A stretch of 64,000 bases of DNA from Chloroflexota bacterium (lineage in GTDB: Bacteria; Chloroflexota; UBA11872; VXOZ01), in NCBI GenBank assembly GCA_963663275.1, contig OY760183.1, forward strand, positions 960,001 through 1,024,000, in the 5' to 3' direction. Position numbers and translations under genes: made by a program. Shown piece by piece: positions 50,692 through 59,148 of the stretch; position 1 is the first letter of the stretch, and each line of letters begins with the position of its first letter. A model generated the notes under the pieces. That model saw only the letters and a list, made by a program, of their open reading frames with translations, did no database searches and had not been told where the DNA came from.

Positions 50692-50940
50692 ATGCCACGA
50701 CTAGACCTCTTCTTCCAGGTGGGCCCTTTCATCAAGTGGGGGCATGACGCCGCTGAGTCCCTCGGCCTGCTGGCGCTGGCCACGAACTATGGGATCTTCG
50801 CCGCCGTGATGTTGGCCACGCTCGCCATCTTCCTGGCGGCGCTGGACTTCCTGGTCTTCCAATTCCGCCGCAAGAAGCTGTGGATCGATTGGGACAAGCC
50901 GGAAGAGCCTTTCGAACCGCAGCCCTACGACGGCCCCTGA
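50692..50940 (+). CDS. Small hypothetical membrane protein (82 aa)
   Basis: RBS GAGGAG, a transmembrane segment followed by RRKK. Confidence 0.65.
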   Translation: MPRLDLFFQVGPFIKWGHDAAESLGLLALATNYGIFAAVMLATLAIFLAALDFLVFQFRRKKLWIDWDKPEEPFEPQPYDGP

Positions 50941-51037
50941 CCCTCTCGGCGCCGGCGCGGCCTACAGTGTCCCAGGGGATCGCTCTGATGTAGCCGCGGC
51001 GAAATCATCGAGCGGCGCCGCCAGGCGGAAGCGCACC

Positions 51038-51679
51038 ATGCACCTACGTTTGCTTATCGCCCTCGCGGCTTTCTTGATGGTGATCGCCTGCGGGTCCCCG
51101 GATGAAACCGGGCCGGCGGCTACGGCTGTGGCTGAGACGCCGGCCACGCCGGAGACTGCGGCCACGCCGGAGACCCCGGCCAAGCCGGAGCCTACCGCCG
51201 CGAAGCCCACGCCCGCGGCCGCGGTTCCCACGCCCTCCGCCGAGACCCTCATCATGCTGCGAGACCCGCTGGACGAGCCGGAGTACTACTGTGTGGACGT
51301 GGCCGGCTTTGGCAGCAATCTCAACCTGGATCGCCCGTTGCAAGCGCACACCTGCAAACCCGGCGCCGACGACGAACTCTTCATCTTCAACTATCCCGCG
51401 CCGGGCCAGTTCTACATGGAACCCTACGACGTGTGCCTGGAGGCGGGCGACGGGGCGCTCTACGTCCGCGCCTGTTCGGACGCGCCCAACCAGCGGTTTG
51501 CGCTGAGCGCGGACGGCGCAATCCAGGCGCAGGGCACCGACCTCTGCCTGGCCGTGCCGGCCGGCGACGGCGAGCCGGCGGGCGGCAGATCTCACTTGCG
51601 GCGCGACCTGCTGCTGCAACCCTGCGCCGACGCCGCGCCGAACCTCTCCCGCTGGCTGCTGCCCGGCCCCAGTCCCTGA
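51038..51679 (+). CDS. Ricin-B (beta-trefoil) lectin-like lipoprotein
   Basis: Lipobox VIAC, Pro/Ala/Thr linker, YCVDV, CLEA, NQRF, LCLAV. Confidence 0.7.
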   Translation: MHLRLLIALAAFLMVIACGSPDETGPAATAVAETPATPETAATPETPAKPEPTAAKPTPAAAVPTPSAETLIMLRDPLDEPEYYCVDVAGFGSNLNLDRPLQAHTCKPGADDELFIFNYPAPGQFYMEPYDVCLEAGDGALYVRACSDAPNQRFALSADGAIQAQGTDLCLAVPAGDGEPAGGRSHLRRDLLLQPCADAAPNLSRWLLPGPSP

Positions 51680-51980
51680 GGGGACCTTTGCATAACTCTG
51701 TCATTCCGGCGAAAGCCGGAATCCAGACCGCATTTACAACTAAGAATAGCCAGTTTTCAAGCCTTTACACCCCCATCCCAACCTTCCCCCTCAATGGGGA
51801 AGGGGTTATGCAGAGGTCTCCTAAGGGGGCCTTTGCGTTACGCTGCCGAACAGCGCGAACCGGGCGCGGTCGGCGTCGATTTCCCCCCTCACCCCGGCCC
51901 TCTCCCGCAGGGAGAGGGAGTTTCTCTCTTGCAGCCCCCATGCCAGGGAGAGGGGGTTTTCTTGAGCCTGCCGCCTCCGT

Positions 51981-52010
51981 TTGACAGGCCGCCGCCGTCC
52001 CTGCTACTAT
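51981..52010 (+). promoter_or_regulatory. Sigma70-type promoter of the aroF operon
   Basis: TTGACA, 18 bp, TACTAT, with an extended -10 TG. Confidence 0.8.
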
Positions 52011-52066
52011 GCATTCGGTTTCAGGCGCGCCTGTTGGGCGCGCAGCGTGGAAAAAGGAAATTGCGG

Positions 52067-52126
52067 GTGTTACGCAGCGTCTTCGCGTACTATTATCTGT
52101 TTATTGAGCCGGAGGGACCGGCTTGA
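52067..52126 (+). CDS. Putative attenuator leader peptide MLRSVFAYYYLFIEPEGPA
   Basis: RBS AAAGGA, GTG start (alternative TTG at 52061), TTC-GCG-TAC-TAT-TAT-CTG-TTT cluster upstream of DAHP synthase. Confidence 0.75.
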   Translation: MLRSVFAYYYLFIEPEGPA

Positions 52127-52182
52127 GCAGATGCGCCTAGTCCCCAGGGACAACGCGAACGCAGAACACACCCTCCGGCGAT

Positions 52183-52218
52183 AGCAGAAAGTGACAAACG
52201 CTTTCTGCTTTTTCTTTT
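52183..52218 (+). terminator. Intrinsic terminator (attenuator) in the aroF leader
   Basis: AGCAGAAAGTG-ACAAA-CGCTTTCTGCT followed by TTTTCTTTT. Confidence 0.85.
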
Positions 52219-52349
52219 GCAGTCTGAGGAGGCATTGCACCGACAAGACCGCGAAATGGGAGTTTGGGAAATAGACTCCACCGTACAGACAAGAGCGCAG
52301 CAGGAAGCGCCGCAAAGCAACCAATGGAGAGGAAACCAGGAGCAGGGAC

Positions 52350-53399
52350 ATGATAGTCATAATGCGCACCGACGCCACCCCGGAGCAGATTGCCGCCGTC
52401 CGGCAGCGGATCGAGGACGGCGGCGTAGAGTCAACCGTCAGCCAGGGCGTCCACAAGACTGTGATCGGCCTTATCGGCAAGCGGCCGCCCGGTATACTGG
52501 AACAGGTCCAAGGCATGTCGGGTGTTGAAATGGTGGTGCCCGTGGACAAGCCGTACAAGTTCGCCGCCCGCACCGAGGGCGGCGCCGACACCCACATCCG
52601 GGTGGGGAACGCGACCATCGGCAGCAACGAGATTGCCGTCATCGGCGGCCCGTGCAGCGTGGAGAGCGAGGAGCAAATCATCGCTACCGCCGAAGCCGTG
52701 AAGCAGGCCGGCGGGCACATCCTGCGCGGCGGCGCGTACAAGCCGCGCACCTCTCCCTACAGTTTCCAGGGCATGGGCGTGCAGGGGTTGGAATTGCTCC
52801 GCGCCGCCTCCGACGCCACGGGCCTGCCGCTCATCACCGAGGTGATGGACCCCCGCCGGGTCTCGCTGGTGGCCGAGTACGTGGACATCCTGCAGATCGG
52901 CGCCCGCAACATGCAGAACTTCACGCTGCTGCAAGAGGTGGGCGCCACGGACAAGCCGGTGCTGCTCAAGCGGGGCATGGCGGCGTCGATCGAAGACCTG
53001 CTCATGTCCGCCGAGTACATCATGGCCGCGGGCAACATGCGCGTGATTCTGTGCGAGCGCGGCATTCGCACCTTCGAGACCGCCACCCGCAACACGCTGG
53101 ACCTCAGCGCCATACCCGTGATCAAGGAACAGTCGCATCTGCCCGTGGTCATCGATCCCAGCCACGCCACCGGCAGGTGGGAATTGGTGAAACCGATGGC
53201 GCTGGCCGCGGTGGCCGCCGGGGCCGACGGCCTGATGATCGAGGTGCACCCGAATCCGGAGCAAGCCCTCTCGGACGGCGCGCAGAGCGTTACGCCCAAG
53301 CGCTTCTTCGACATCATGGACGCCATTCGCAAGGTGGCGGACGCCGTGGGGCGGGAACTCCCGGCCGCCACGGCGGAGATGGAAGCCGCCGCCACGTAA
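52350..53399 (+). CDS. aroF: DAHP synthase class I-beta with an N-terminal regulatory domain
   Basis: [51 protein letters not shown]. Confidence 0.95.
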   Translation: MIVIMRTDATPEQIAAVRQRIEDGGVESTVSQGVHKTVIGLIGKRPPGILEQVQGMSGVEMVVPVDKPYKFAARTEGGADTHIRVGNATIGSNEIAVIGGPCSVESEEQIIATAEAVKQAGGHILRGGAYKPRTSPYSFQGMGVQGLELLRAASDATGLPLITEVMDPRRVSLVAEYVDILQIGARNMQNFTLLQEVGATDKPVLLKRGMAASIEDLLMSAEYIMAAGNMRVILCERGIRTFETATRNTLDLSAIPVIKEQSHLPVVIDPSHATGRWELVKPMALAAVAAGADGLMIEVHPNPEQALSDGAQSVTPKRFFDIMDAIRKVADAVGRELPAATAEMEAAAT

Positions 53400-53429
53400 G
53401 CGCCCGGCCGTTGCCGGAGAGGTCTATCC

Positions 53430-53978
53430 GTGAACGCCTGGGTGCGCATCATCGGCGAGGATGAAGCGGAAGGCGCGCTGCGCGCCGCCTACCAACAGCT
53501 TCTCGGCGAACGGCCGCGCGGCCGGGCGCCGGACTTCCTGCGCCTGCACAGTCTCGTGCCGCGCGCCATCGTGCCGCTGGCGCAACTGCACAAGGCCATT
53601 GCCTACGGTCCCGGCGAGTTGACCCGGGTGCGGCGCGAACTCATCGCCACGGTCGTTTCCGCCACCAACGGCTGCGCGCTCTGCCAGGAACTGCACGGGC
53701 GCCTGCTCCTGCGGCGCATGCGGGACGAGGCGCTGGTGGCGCAGGTGCAGCGCGACTTTCGCGCCGCGCCGCTGGCCGCGGCGGACCGCGCCATGCTGGA
53801 GTACGCCGTGAAACTCACCACCGCGCCGGCGTCCGCCACCAGCGCGGACGTGGCGCGGCTGCGCCGGCTGGGCTTTAGCGACGCCGCCGTGGTGGAAATC
53901 GCGACGCAGACGGCGCTCTTCAACTATCTCAACCGCGTCATCCAGGGTCTCGGCCTGGGAGAACCCGCCGCGCCATGA
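53430..53978 (+). CDS. AhpD/carboxymuconolactone decarboxylase-like peroxidase-related protein
   Basis: RELIATVVSATNGCALCQELH, FNYLNR. Confidence 0.88.
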   Translation: MNAWVRIIGEDEAEGALRAAYQQLLGERPRGRAPDFLRLHSLVPRAIVPLAQLHKAIAYGPGELTRVRRELIATVVSATNGCALCQELHGRLLLRRMRDEALVAQVQRDFRAAPLAAADRAMLEYAVKLTTAPASATSADVARLRRLGFSDAAVVEIATQTALFNYLNRVIQGLGLGEPAAP

Positions 53979-55267
53979 AACGCATCCAGCCGCTCGCCCA
54001 TCCCGTAAACGCCGCCGTCACGCTGCCCGGCTCCAAGAGTTACACCAACCGGGCGCTCATCATCGCCGCGCTCGCCGACGGCGTTTCAACACTGCGCCAG
54101 GCGCTCTTCAGCGACGATACGGTCTACATGTGCCAGGCGCTGCGCGCGCTGGGCATTCCGGTAGCGGCGGATGAGGCCGCCAGCACGTTTACGGTGGACG
54201 GCCAAGGCGGCGCCGTTCCCGCCGGCCGGGCCGACCTCTTCGTCGGCAACTCCGGCACCAGCGCGCGCTTCCTGACGGCGTTGGCCGCGCTCGGCCGCGG
54301 CCGCTATTGCGTGGACGGCATCCCGCGTATGCGCGAGCGCCCCATGGCGCCGCTGCTCGCCAGCCTGCGCCAACTGGGCGGCAACGTCCGTTCGCGCTTC
54401 GAAAACGGCTGCCCGCCGATTGAGATTGCGGCAGACGGGCTGCCCGGCGGCGCCGCGCACATGGCCGGCGACCGGAGCAGCCAGTACTTCAGCGCGCTTC
54501 TCATGGCCGCTCCCTACATGCGGGAAGGGCTGGACCTCACCGTGCAGGGACGGCTGGTCCACGGGCAGTACGTCGAGATGACCATCAAGAGCATGGCGGA
54601 CTTCGGCGTGGCGGCGACTGCCGAAGAAGGCCGCCGCTTTTGCGTTGCGCCGGGCCAACGCTACCGCGCCCGCGCCTACGACGTGGAGCCGGACGCTTCC
54701 GCCGCTTCCTACTTCTTCGGCGCGGCGGCCCTCACCGGCGGCACGATCCGCGTGGAGAATCTCGGCGCCGGGTCGGCGCAGGGAGACCTGGCGTTCGTGG
54801 ACGTGCTGGCGGCAATGGGCTGCGCGGTGGAGAAACGCGCCGGCTACGTGCGCGTGACGGGACCCGCCGCGCTGCGGGGCGTAGACGTTGACATGGGCGC
54901 GCTCTCCGATACGTTCATGACCCTGGCCGCGCTGGCGCCGTTCGCGGAAGGGCCCACCGTCATTCGCGGCATCGCCCACACCCGCCTGCAGGAGACCGAT
55001 CGGGTGAGCGCCACCGCCCGGGAATTGCGCAAGCTGGGCGTCGCCGTGACGGAGCGCGACGACAGCCTGCGCATCGAGCCGGGCGTGAAGCATGGCGCTA
55101 CCATCGACCCGCACGACGACCACCGCATCGCCATGAGCTTTGCGCTCATCGGCTTGCGGCTGCCCGGCGTGGTCATCGCCAATCCGGAATGCGTCGCCAA
55201 GACGTTCCCCGATTTCTTCGAACGCCTGGCGGCAGCCACCGCTCCCGCCCACCCCACACCGGCCTAG
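53975..55267 (+). CDS. aroA: EPSP synthase
   Basis: LPGSKSYTNR, GNSGTSARF, SSQYFS, RLQETDR, DDHRIAMSF, KTFPDF. Confidence 0.96.
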   Translation: MKRIQPLAHPVNAAVTLPGSKSYTNRALIIAALADGVSTLRQALFSDDTVYMCQALRALGIPVAADEAASTFTVDGQGGAVPAGRADLFVGNSGTSARFLTALAALGRGRYCVDGIPRMRERPMAPLLASLRQLGGNVRSRFENGCPPIEIAADGLPGGAAHMAGDRSSQYFSALLMAAPYMREGLDLTVQGRLVHGQYVEMTIKSMADFGVAATAEEGRRFCVAPGQRYRARAYDVEPDASAASYFFGAAALTGGTIRVENLGAGSAQGDLAFVDVLAAMGCAVEKRAGYVRVTGPAALRGVDVDMGALSDTFMTLAALAPFAEGPTVIRGIAHTRLQETDRVSATARELRKLGVAVTERDDSLRIEPGVKHGATIDPHDDHRIAMSFALIGLRLPGVVIANPECVAKTFPDFFERLAAATAPAHPTPA

Positions 55268-55424
55268 GCTGAATCCTGTAGCCCCGGTAGGCGAAGAGTC
55301 TCCCTCTCCCTGGGAAGAGGGCCGGGGTGAGGGGGAGTCCTCGCCGGTTTCGCCCCACCTTGCAGGAATTGGGCATGAACCGCTGCACAATCTCCCCTCA
55401 CCCTAACCCTCTCCCCAGGCAGAG

Positions 55425-55573
55425 GCTGACAGGGGTATGTAAATGTCATTCCGAGTGGAGCGAGGAATCTAGAAGTGGTGATCTTGCAGGGCTGCGCTTT
55501 AGATTCCTCACTTCGCTCCGCTCCGTTCGGAATGACAAGTGATGTCGATCTTGGAGTACATACCCCTGTCAGC
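55425..55573 (+). mobile_element. MITE-B copy 1 (149 bp) inserted in a family E repeat
   Basis: Inverted ends GCTGACAGGGGTATGTA and TACATACCCCTGTCAGC; flanks CAGGCAGAG and CAGGGAGAG; interior is a family C pair. Confidence 0.75.
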
Positions 55574-55655
55574 CAGGGAGAGGGGATAAGTGGCGCGCAA
55601 TGCAGGAGCGCGCGGCGGTTGCTATCGCGCCGTACGCCCTGCTACTATCGCTACT

Positions 55656-57932
55656 ATGAAGCGCTTTCATACCACCCATGCGGCGCCGCTCACTGGTTTG
55701 CACCCCTCCCTGGAAGACGCGCCGGAGCACGCGCGCCGCCTGCCTGGTGTCCTCTTCCTCTTCTTTCTGCTTCTGTACGCCCTGACCGCCGGGGGGCATT
55801 CCTACAGCCCTCAGGGGCGCGCCGCCTACGACACGGCCCGCAGCCTTATGCAGGACCCGCGCCAGGCCTTGGCGGGCGAACGGTACCGGGAACTGGAGGG
55901 GTGGGAGATCGGCTTGCCGCTGCTCATGCAGCCCGCCATGTTGCTGGGCGCCGCCATCGAGCCGCTGCTGCCTCGCAAGGACACGTTCCGGCACGAGGGG
56001 CGCACGTATCAAATCGCCGAGTATCCCGTGCTGGCGCCGCGCGGCGCGCCCGGCGCCCGCAACTCGGTCTTCATCCCGCTGGACGACGTGCGCGCCTCGG
56101 GCTTGGTCGTCTTCTCCTTCCTAAGCGACGCCCGCGAGATCGAGGACGGCGCGCGGGTCGCCGCCATTACCCTGAATACGCTCCCCACCGGCAGGTTCTT
56201 CGGCCAGATGCTGGCCGGACGCGATACCGCGGAGTGGTCGTACGACCGGCCTGAGGTTGGCGGCGCCGTGGCGCACGAGCGGGCCAACGCCGCGGCCGGC
56301 CGCATCGGCATTCCCAATTCCCGGGTCTACGTCTCGCAGCTTAACTTTCCGCAGACGTTGACCGTGAAGAGCGCCACGATCCAGTACCTGGCCGACGCGG
56401 GCAATCTGCACGTAGCCTCCCTGAATCTCATCGACGCCGCGGCCAACGCGCCGCTCCTCATCGGCGCGAGCGGGAGCGTGTGGTCCGCGCGGGAGAACAG
56501 CGATTTCTTCATCCGCTTGTTCGCGCTCTTCACCGCCGCCTGGGTATCGGCCCTCAACGCGATGCTGGTCTTCCTGATTACGCGCCGCCTGGGGTACCAC
56601 AGCCACGTGGCCCTGGTCGTGACGATGCTCTTCGGCCTGGCTACGCTGGCTTGGCCCTACGCCACGTACGACTTTGCGGAACCGGGCATCACGCTGGCGC
56701 TGCTGGGAACGGTCTACTTCCTCCAGCGCGGTCTCCAGGGGCAACAGCCCGCCTGGTTGCCGGTTGCCGGCTGCATGCTCTTTGGCGGCATTGTGGTGGA
56801 ATACGCGACGGCGCTGAACCTGGTCGTCCTGGCGTTCGTTCCGGCGCTGGTCAGCCTGCAAAGCGCCCAGCACGTCGCCCGCCGCCTGGCCTGGGCCGGC
56901 ATGGGCACGATTGCGTTCCTGGCCCCGCTCGGGATACTCTGCGCGGCGGCGCTGGCCGTCCTGGCGGCGGGATACGACGCGCAACCGCCAGCGGCCGCGG
57001 ACCTGACGGAGCGCGTGCGCGCCTGGCTGGAGCTCCCGCTCTGGATCGGACTGTTCGGCAATCTCCTGAGTCCGGGCAAGAGCGTCTTCCTCTATGCGCC
57101 GCCGCTCATCCTGGCGCTCTTTGGCAGCCTGTCGTTCGGCGGACGGCACAAGTGGTGGGCGCTGCCGTTCATGGGCATCCCGCTGCTCTACCTCCTGGTG
57201 TACAGCAGCGTGGGCGATTGGTACGGCGGCAGCGGCTGGGGGCCGCGGTACCTGGCGCCGGCCGTGCCCTTGTGCCTGATCATGGCCGCGCCGATCGTGG
57301 AGAAGGCGCTCTTCGACAACGGCGTGCGGGAATTGCGCGCGGTGATCGCGCTGGGGGCGGCCGGCACTGGCGTGCAGATTATCGCGCTGGCGAAGGACTT
57401 CCAGGCCTACGTGGACTTGCTGCGGGGGCAGATACTACCGCAGATTCCGGAGAGCGGCGCGTTCCTGGCCGGGCGCGTGGGGCAGGCCTACTACGCCCTG
57501 CCTGGGCTGGACGCGGCGGATAAGGAGAACGTCCTCTCCCTCTTCGCGGCCCCGTTTTCGCCCCTCTTTGCCCACGTCTGGATGTTGGCGGCGGACATGG
57601 GCCAAATCTTCCTGCCGTCGCGGACGGACGCCGCCCTTGCCGTGCTCGGCCATCCGCCCTGGACGCTGCTGGGCGTGGCAATCTGGCCGCAAGCGCCCGA
57701 ATTGCTGCTGGGGCTCGACTTCTGGACGATGGCGCTGTGGCGAGAGTACAACAACCACGTCATCTTCCTGGCGGTCGTCCTGCTGCTCATCCTGGCGCTG
57801 CAAGGGATGGTGCTCTACTGCTGGGCGTGGCTCTGCCGGCACTTCGAGTTGCGGCTGCGGCTCTACTGGGGCGGCATCATCGCGCTGGCCGCGTTCTTCA
57901 TCCTCTTCGACGTTGCCCACGTCCTGCAATGA
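55656..57932 (+). CDS. Polytopic GT-C/PMT-like glycosyltransferase-related membrane protein
   Basis: Many transmembrane segments, LAWPYATYDFAEP, LLSPGKSVFLYAP, WYGGSGWGPRYL. Confidence 0.7.
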   Translation: MKRFHTTHAAPLTGLHPSLEDAPEHARRLPGVLFLFFLLLYALTAGGHSYSPQGRAAYDTARSLMQDPRQALAGERYRELEGWEIGLPLLMQPAMLLGAAIEPLLPRKDTFRHEGRTYQIAEYPVLAPRGAPGARNSVFIPLDDVRASGLVVFSFLSDAREIEDGARVAAITLNTLPTGRFFGQMLAGRDTAEWSYDRPEVGGAVAHERANAAAGRIGIPNSRVYVSQLNFPQTLTVKSATIQYLADAGNLHVASLNLIDAAANAPLLIGASGSVWSARENSDFFIRLFALFTAAWVSALNAMLVFLITRRLGYHSHVALVVTMLFGLATLAWPYATYDFAEPGITLALLGTVYFLQRGLQGQQPAWLPVAGCMLFGGIVVEYATALNLVVLAFVPALVSLQSAQHVARRLAWAGMGTIAFLAPLGILCAAALAVLAAGYDAQPPAAADLTERVRAWLELPLWIGLFGNLLSPGKSVFLYAPPLILALFGSLSFGGRHKWWALPFMGIPLLYLLVYSSVGDWYGGSGWGPRYLAPAVPLCLIMAAPIVEKALFDNGVRELRAVIALGAAGTGVQIIALAKDFQAYVDLLRGQILPQIPESGAFLAGRVGQAYYALPGLDAADKENVLSLFAAPFSPLFAHVWMLAADMGQIFLPSRTDAALAVLGHPPWTLLGVAIWPQAPELLLGLDFWTMALWREYNNHVIFLAVVLLLILALQGMVLYCWAWLCRHFELRLRLYWGGIIALAAFFILFDVAHVLQ

Positions 57933-57963
57933 GCCGCTCCGGTTCGTAATTCTCTTCTCCCTG

Positions 57964-58111
57964 GCTGACAGGGGTATGTACATTGTAATCGACTTCACGT
58001 GTCATTCCGAACGGAGCGCAGCGGAGTGAGGAATCTAGAACGCAACCCTGCAAACCAGCATTCTTAGATTCCTCGCTGCGCTCGGAATGACATTTGCATA
58101 CCCCTGTCAGC
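57964..58111 (-). mobile_element. MITE-B copy 2 (148 bp, inverted relative to copy 1)
   Basis: GCTGACAGGGGTATG...CATACCCCTGTCAGC enclosing a family C pair; no clear target duplication. Confidence 0.7.
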
Positions 58112-58291
58112 GGGGCGAGGGGGGAAAGTGCGGCGCTTACCGCTGGATAGGTAACGCTACGCTCAACATGCGTAGGCTCCGGGCAGCGCAGGCGTTCAAA
58201 CCCGCATGTGCCCGGCGCGGTAGGCGCGCCGCGAGCGCAAGCGGGACACAGCCGGATTATTGGCGCTAGCCGCGTTGGGGAAACGCGGGCT

Positions 58292-58696
58292 TCACGCGCC
58301 GCAGGGCACGACCTGCACCGCCACCGAGCGCCGGGGCCGGGGGCCGTCCAGTTCCACGAAGAAGACGCTCTGCCACGTGCCGAGCACCAGGCGGCCGCGA
58401 TGCACGGGGATTGTAATGCTGCATCCCACGATGCCGGCGGTGAGGTGCGAGCGGGCGTTATTGTCCACGCAGTCGTGCCGGTAGCGGGCTTGCGGCAGCA
58501 AGGTGCGCACCACGGACTCGAAGTCCTGCTTCAGCCCCGGCTCGTTTTCGTTGACAATCACACTGGAGGTCGTATGCAAGCAGAAGACGCTACACACGCC
58601 TTCCGCTATGCCGGATTCCGCCACGGCGTCGTGAAGGTCGCTGGTGATGTCTACCAGTTCGGTAGCGTGCGCGGTCGCAACGGTAATCGTCTTCAT
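58292..58696 (-). CDS. yjbQ: YjbQ/UPF0047 family protein
   Basis: HTTSSVIVNEN, NARSHL, LGTWQSVFFVELDGPRPR. Confidence 0.9.
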   Translation of the reverse strand: MKTITVATAHATELVDITSDLHDAVAESGIAEGVCSVFCLHTTSSVIVNENEPGLKQDFESVVRTLLPQARYRHDCVDNNARSHLTAGIVGCSITIPVHRGRLVLGTWQSVFFVELDGPRPRRSVAVQVVPCGA

Positions 58697-58912
58697 GGCT
58701 CTGATTCCACGATACCACACGACTCCGCACTGAGACAAAGAAGATGATACTGGGAAGAGAGATAGGGAACCGGCAGACTCAGATACGATGCCTTCATGGA
58801 AGCACGCATAGGTTGGATCGCGCATGTCGCCGCTTGTAGGTTGTGCGGGACTGTCATTCCGAGCGCAGCGAGGAATCTAGGATTCCCGCTAGTCTGGCTG
58901 CTTAGATTCCTC

Positions 58913-59131
58913 GCTGCGCTCGGAATGACACATGGCTGCGCTCGGAGTGACACGTGGCTGCGCTCGGAATGACACGTGGCTGCGCTCGGAGTGACACGTG
59001 GCTGCGCTCGGAATGACACATGGCTGCGCTCGGAATGACACATGGCTGCGCTCGGAGTGACACATGGCTGCGCTCGGAGTGACACATGGCTGCGCTCGGA
59101 GTGACACATGGCTGCGCTCGGAGTGACACGT
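58913..59131 (+). repeat. 10 x 22-bp tandem array GCTGCGCTCGGA(A/G)TGACAC(A/G)TG derived from the family C right arm
   Basis: Units at 58913+22n; the first unit is the right arm of the 58852-58930 inverted pair. Confidence 0.95.
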
Positions 59132-59148
59132 AGTCGGGCACAATTCGG

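Noticed and set aside
52011-52220. T-box riboswitch upstream of aroF
   Set aside because: No GGTGG-ACC-GCG T-box or Stem I motifs are visible; a leader peptide explains the layout better.
53430-53978. Selenocysteine-containing AhpD-like protein
   Set aside because: The motif is an ordinary CALC with no in-frame TGA.
58913-59131. CRISPR array or repeat protein (CHSERS ORFs)
   Set aside because: There are no spacers; the ORFs are translations of a REP-derived tandem repeat.
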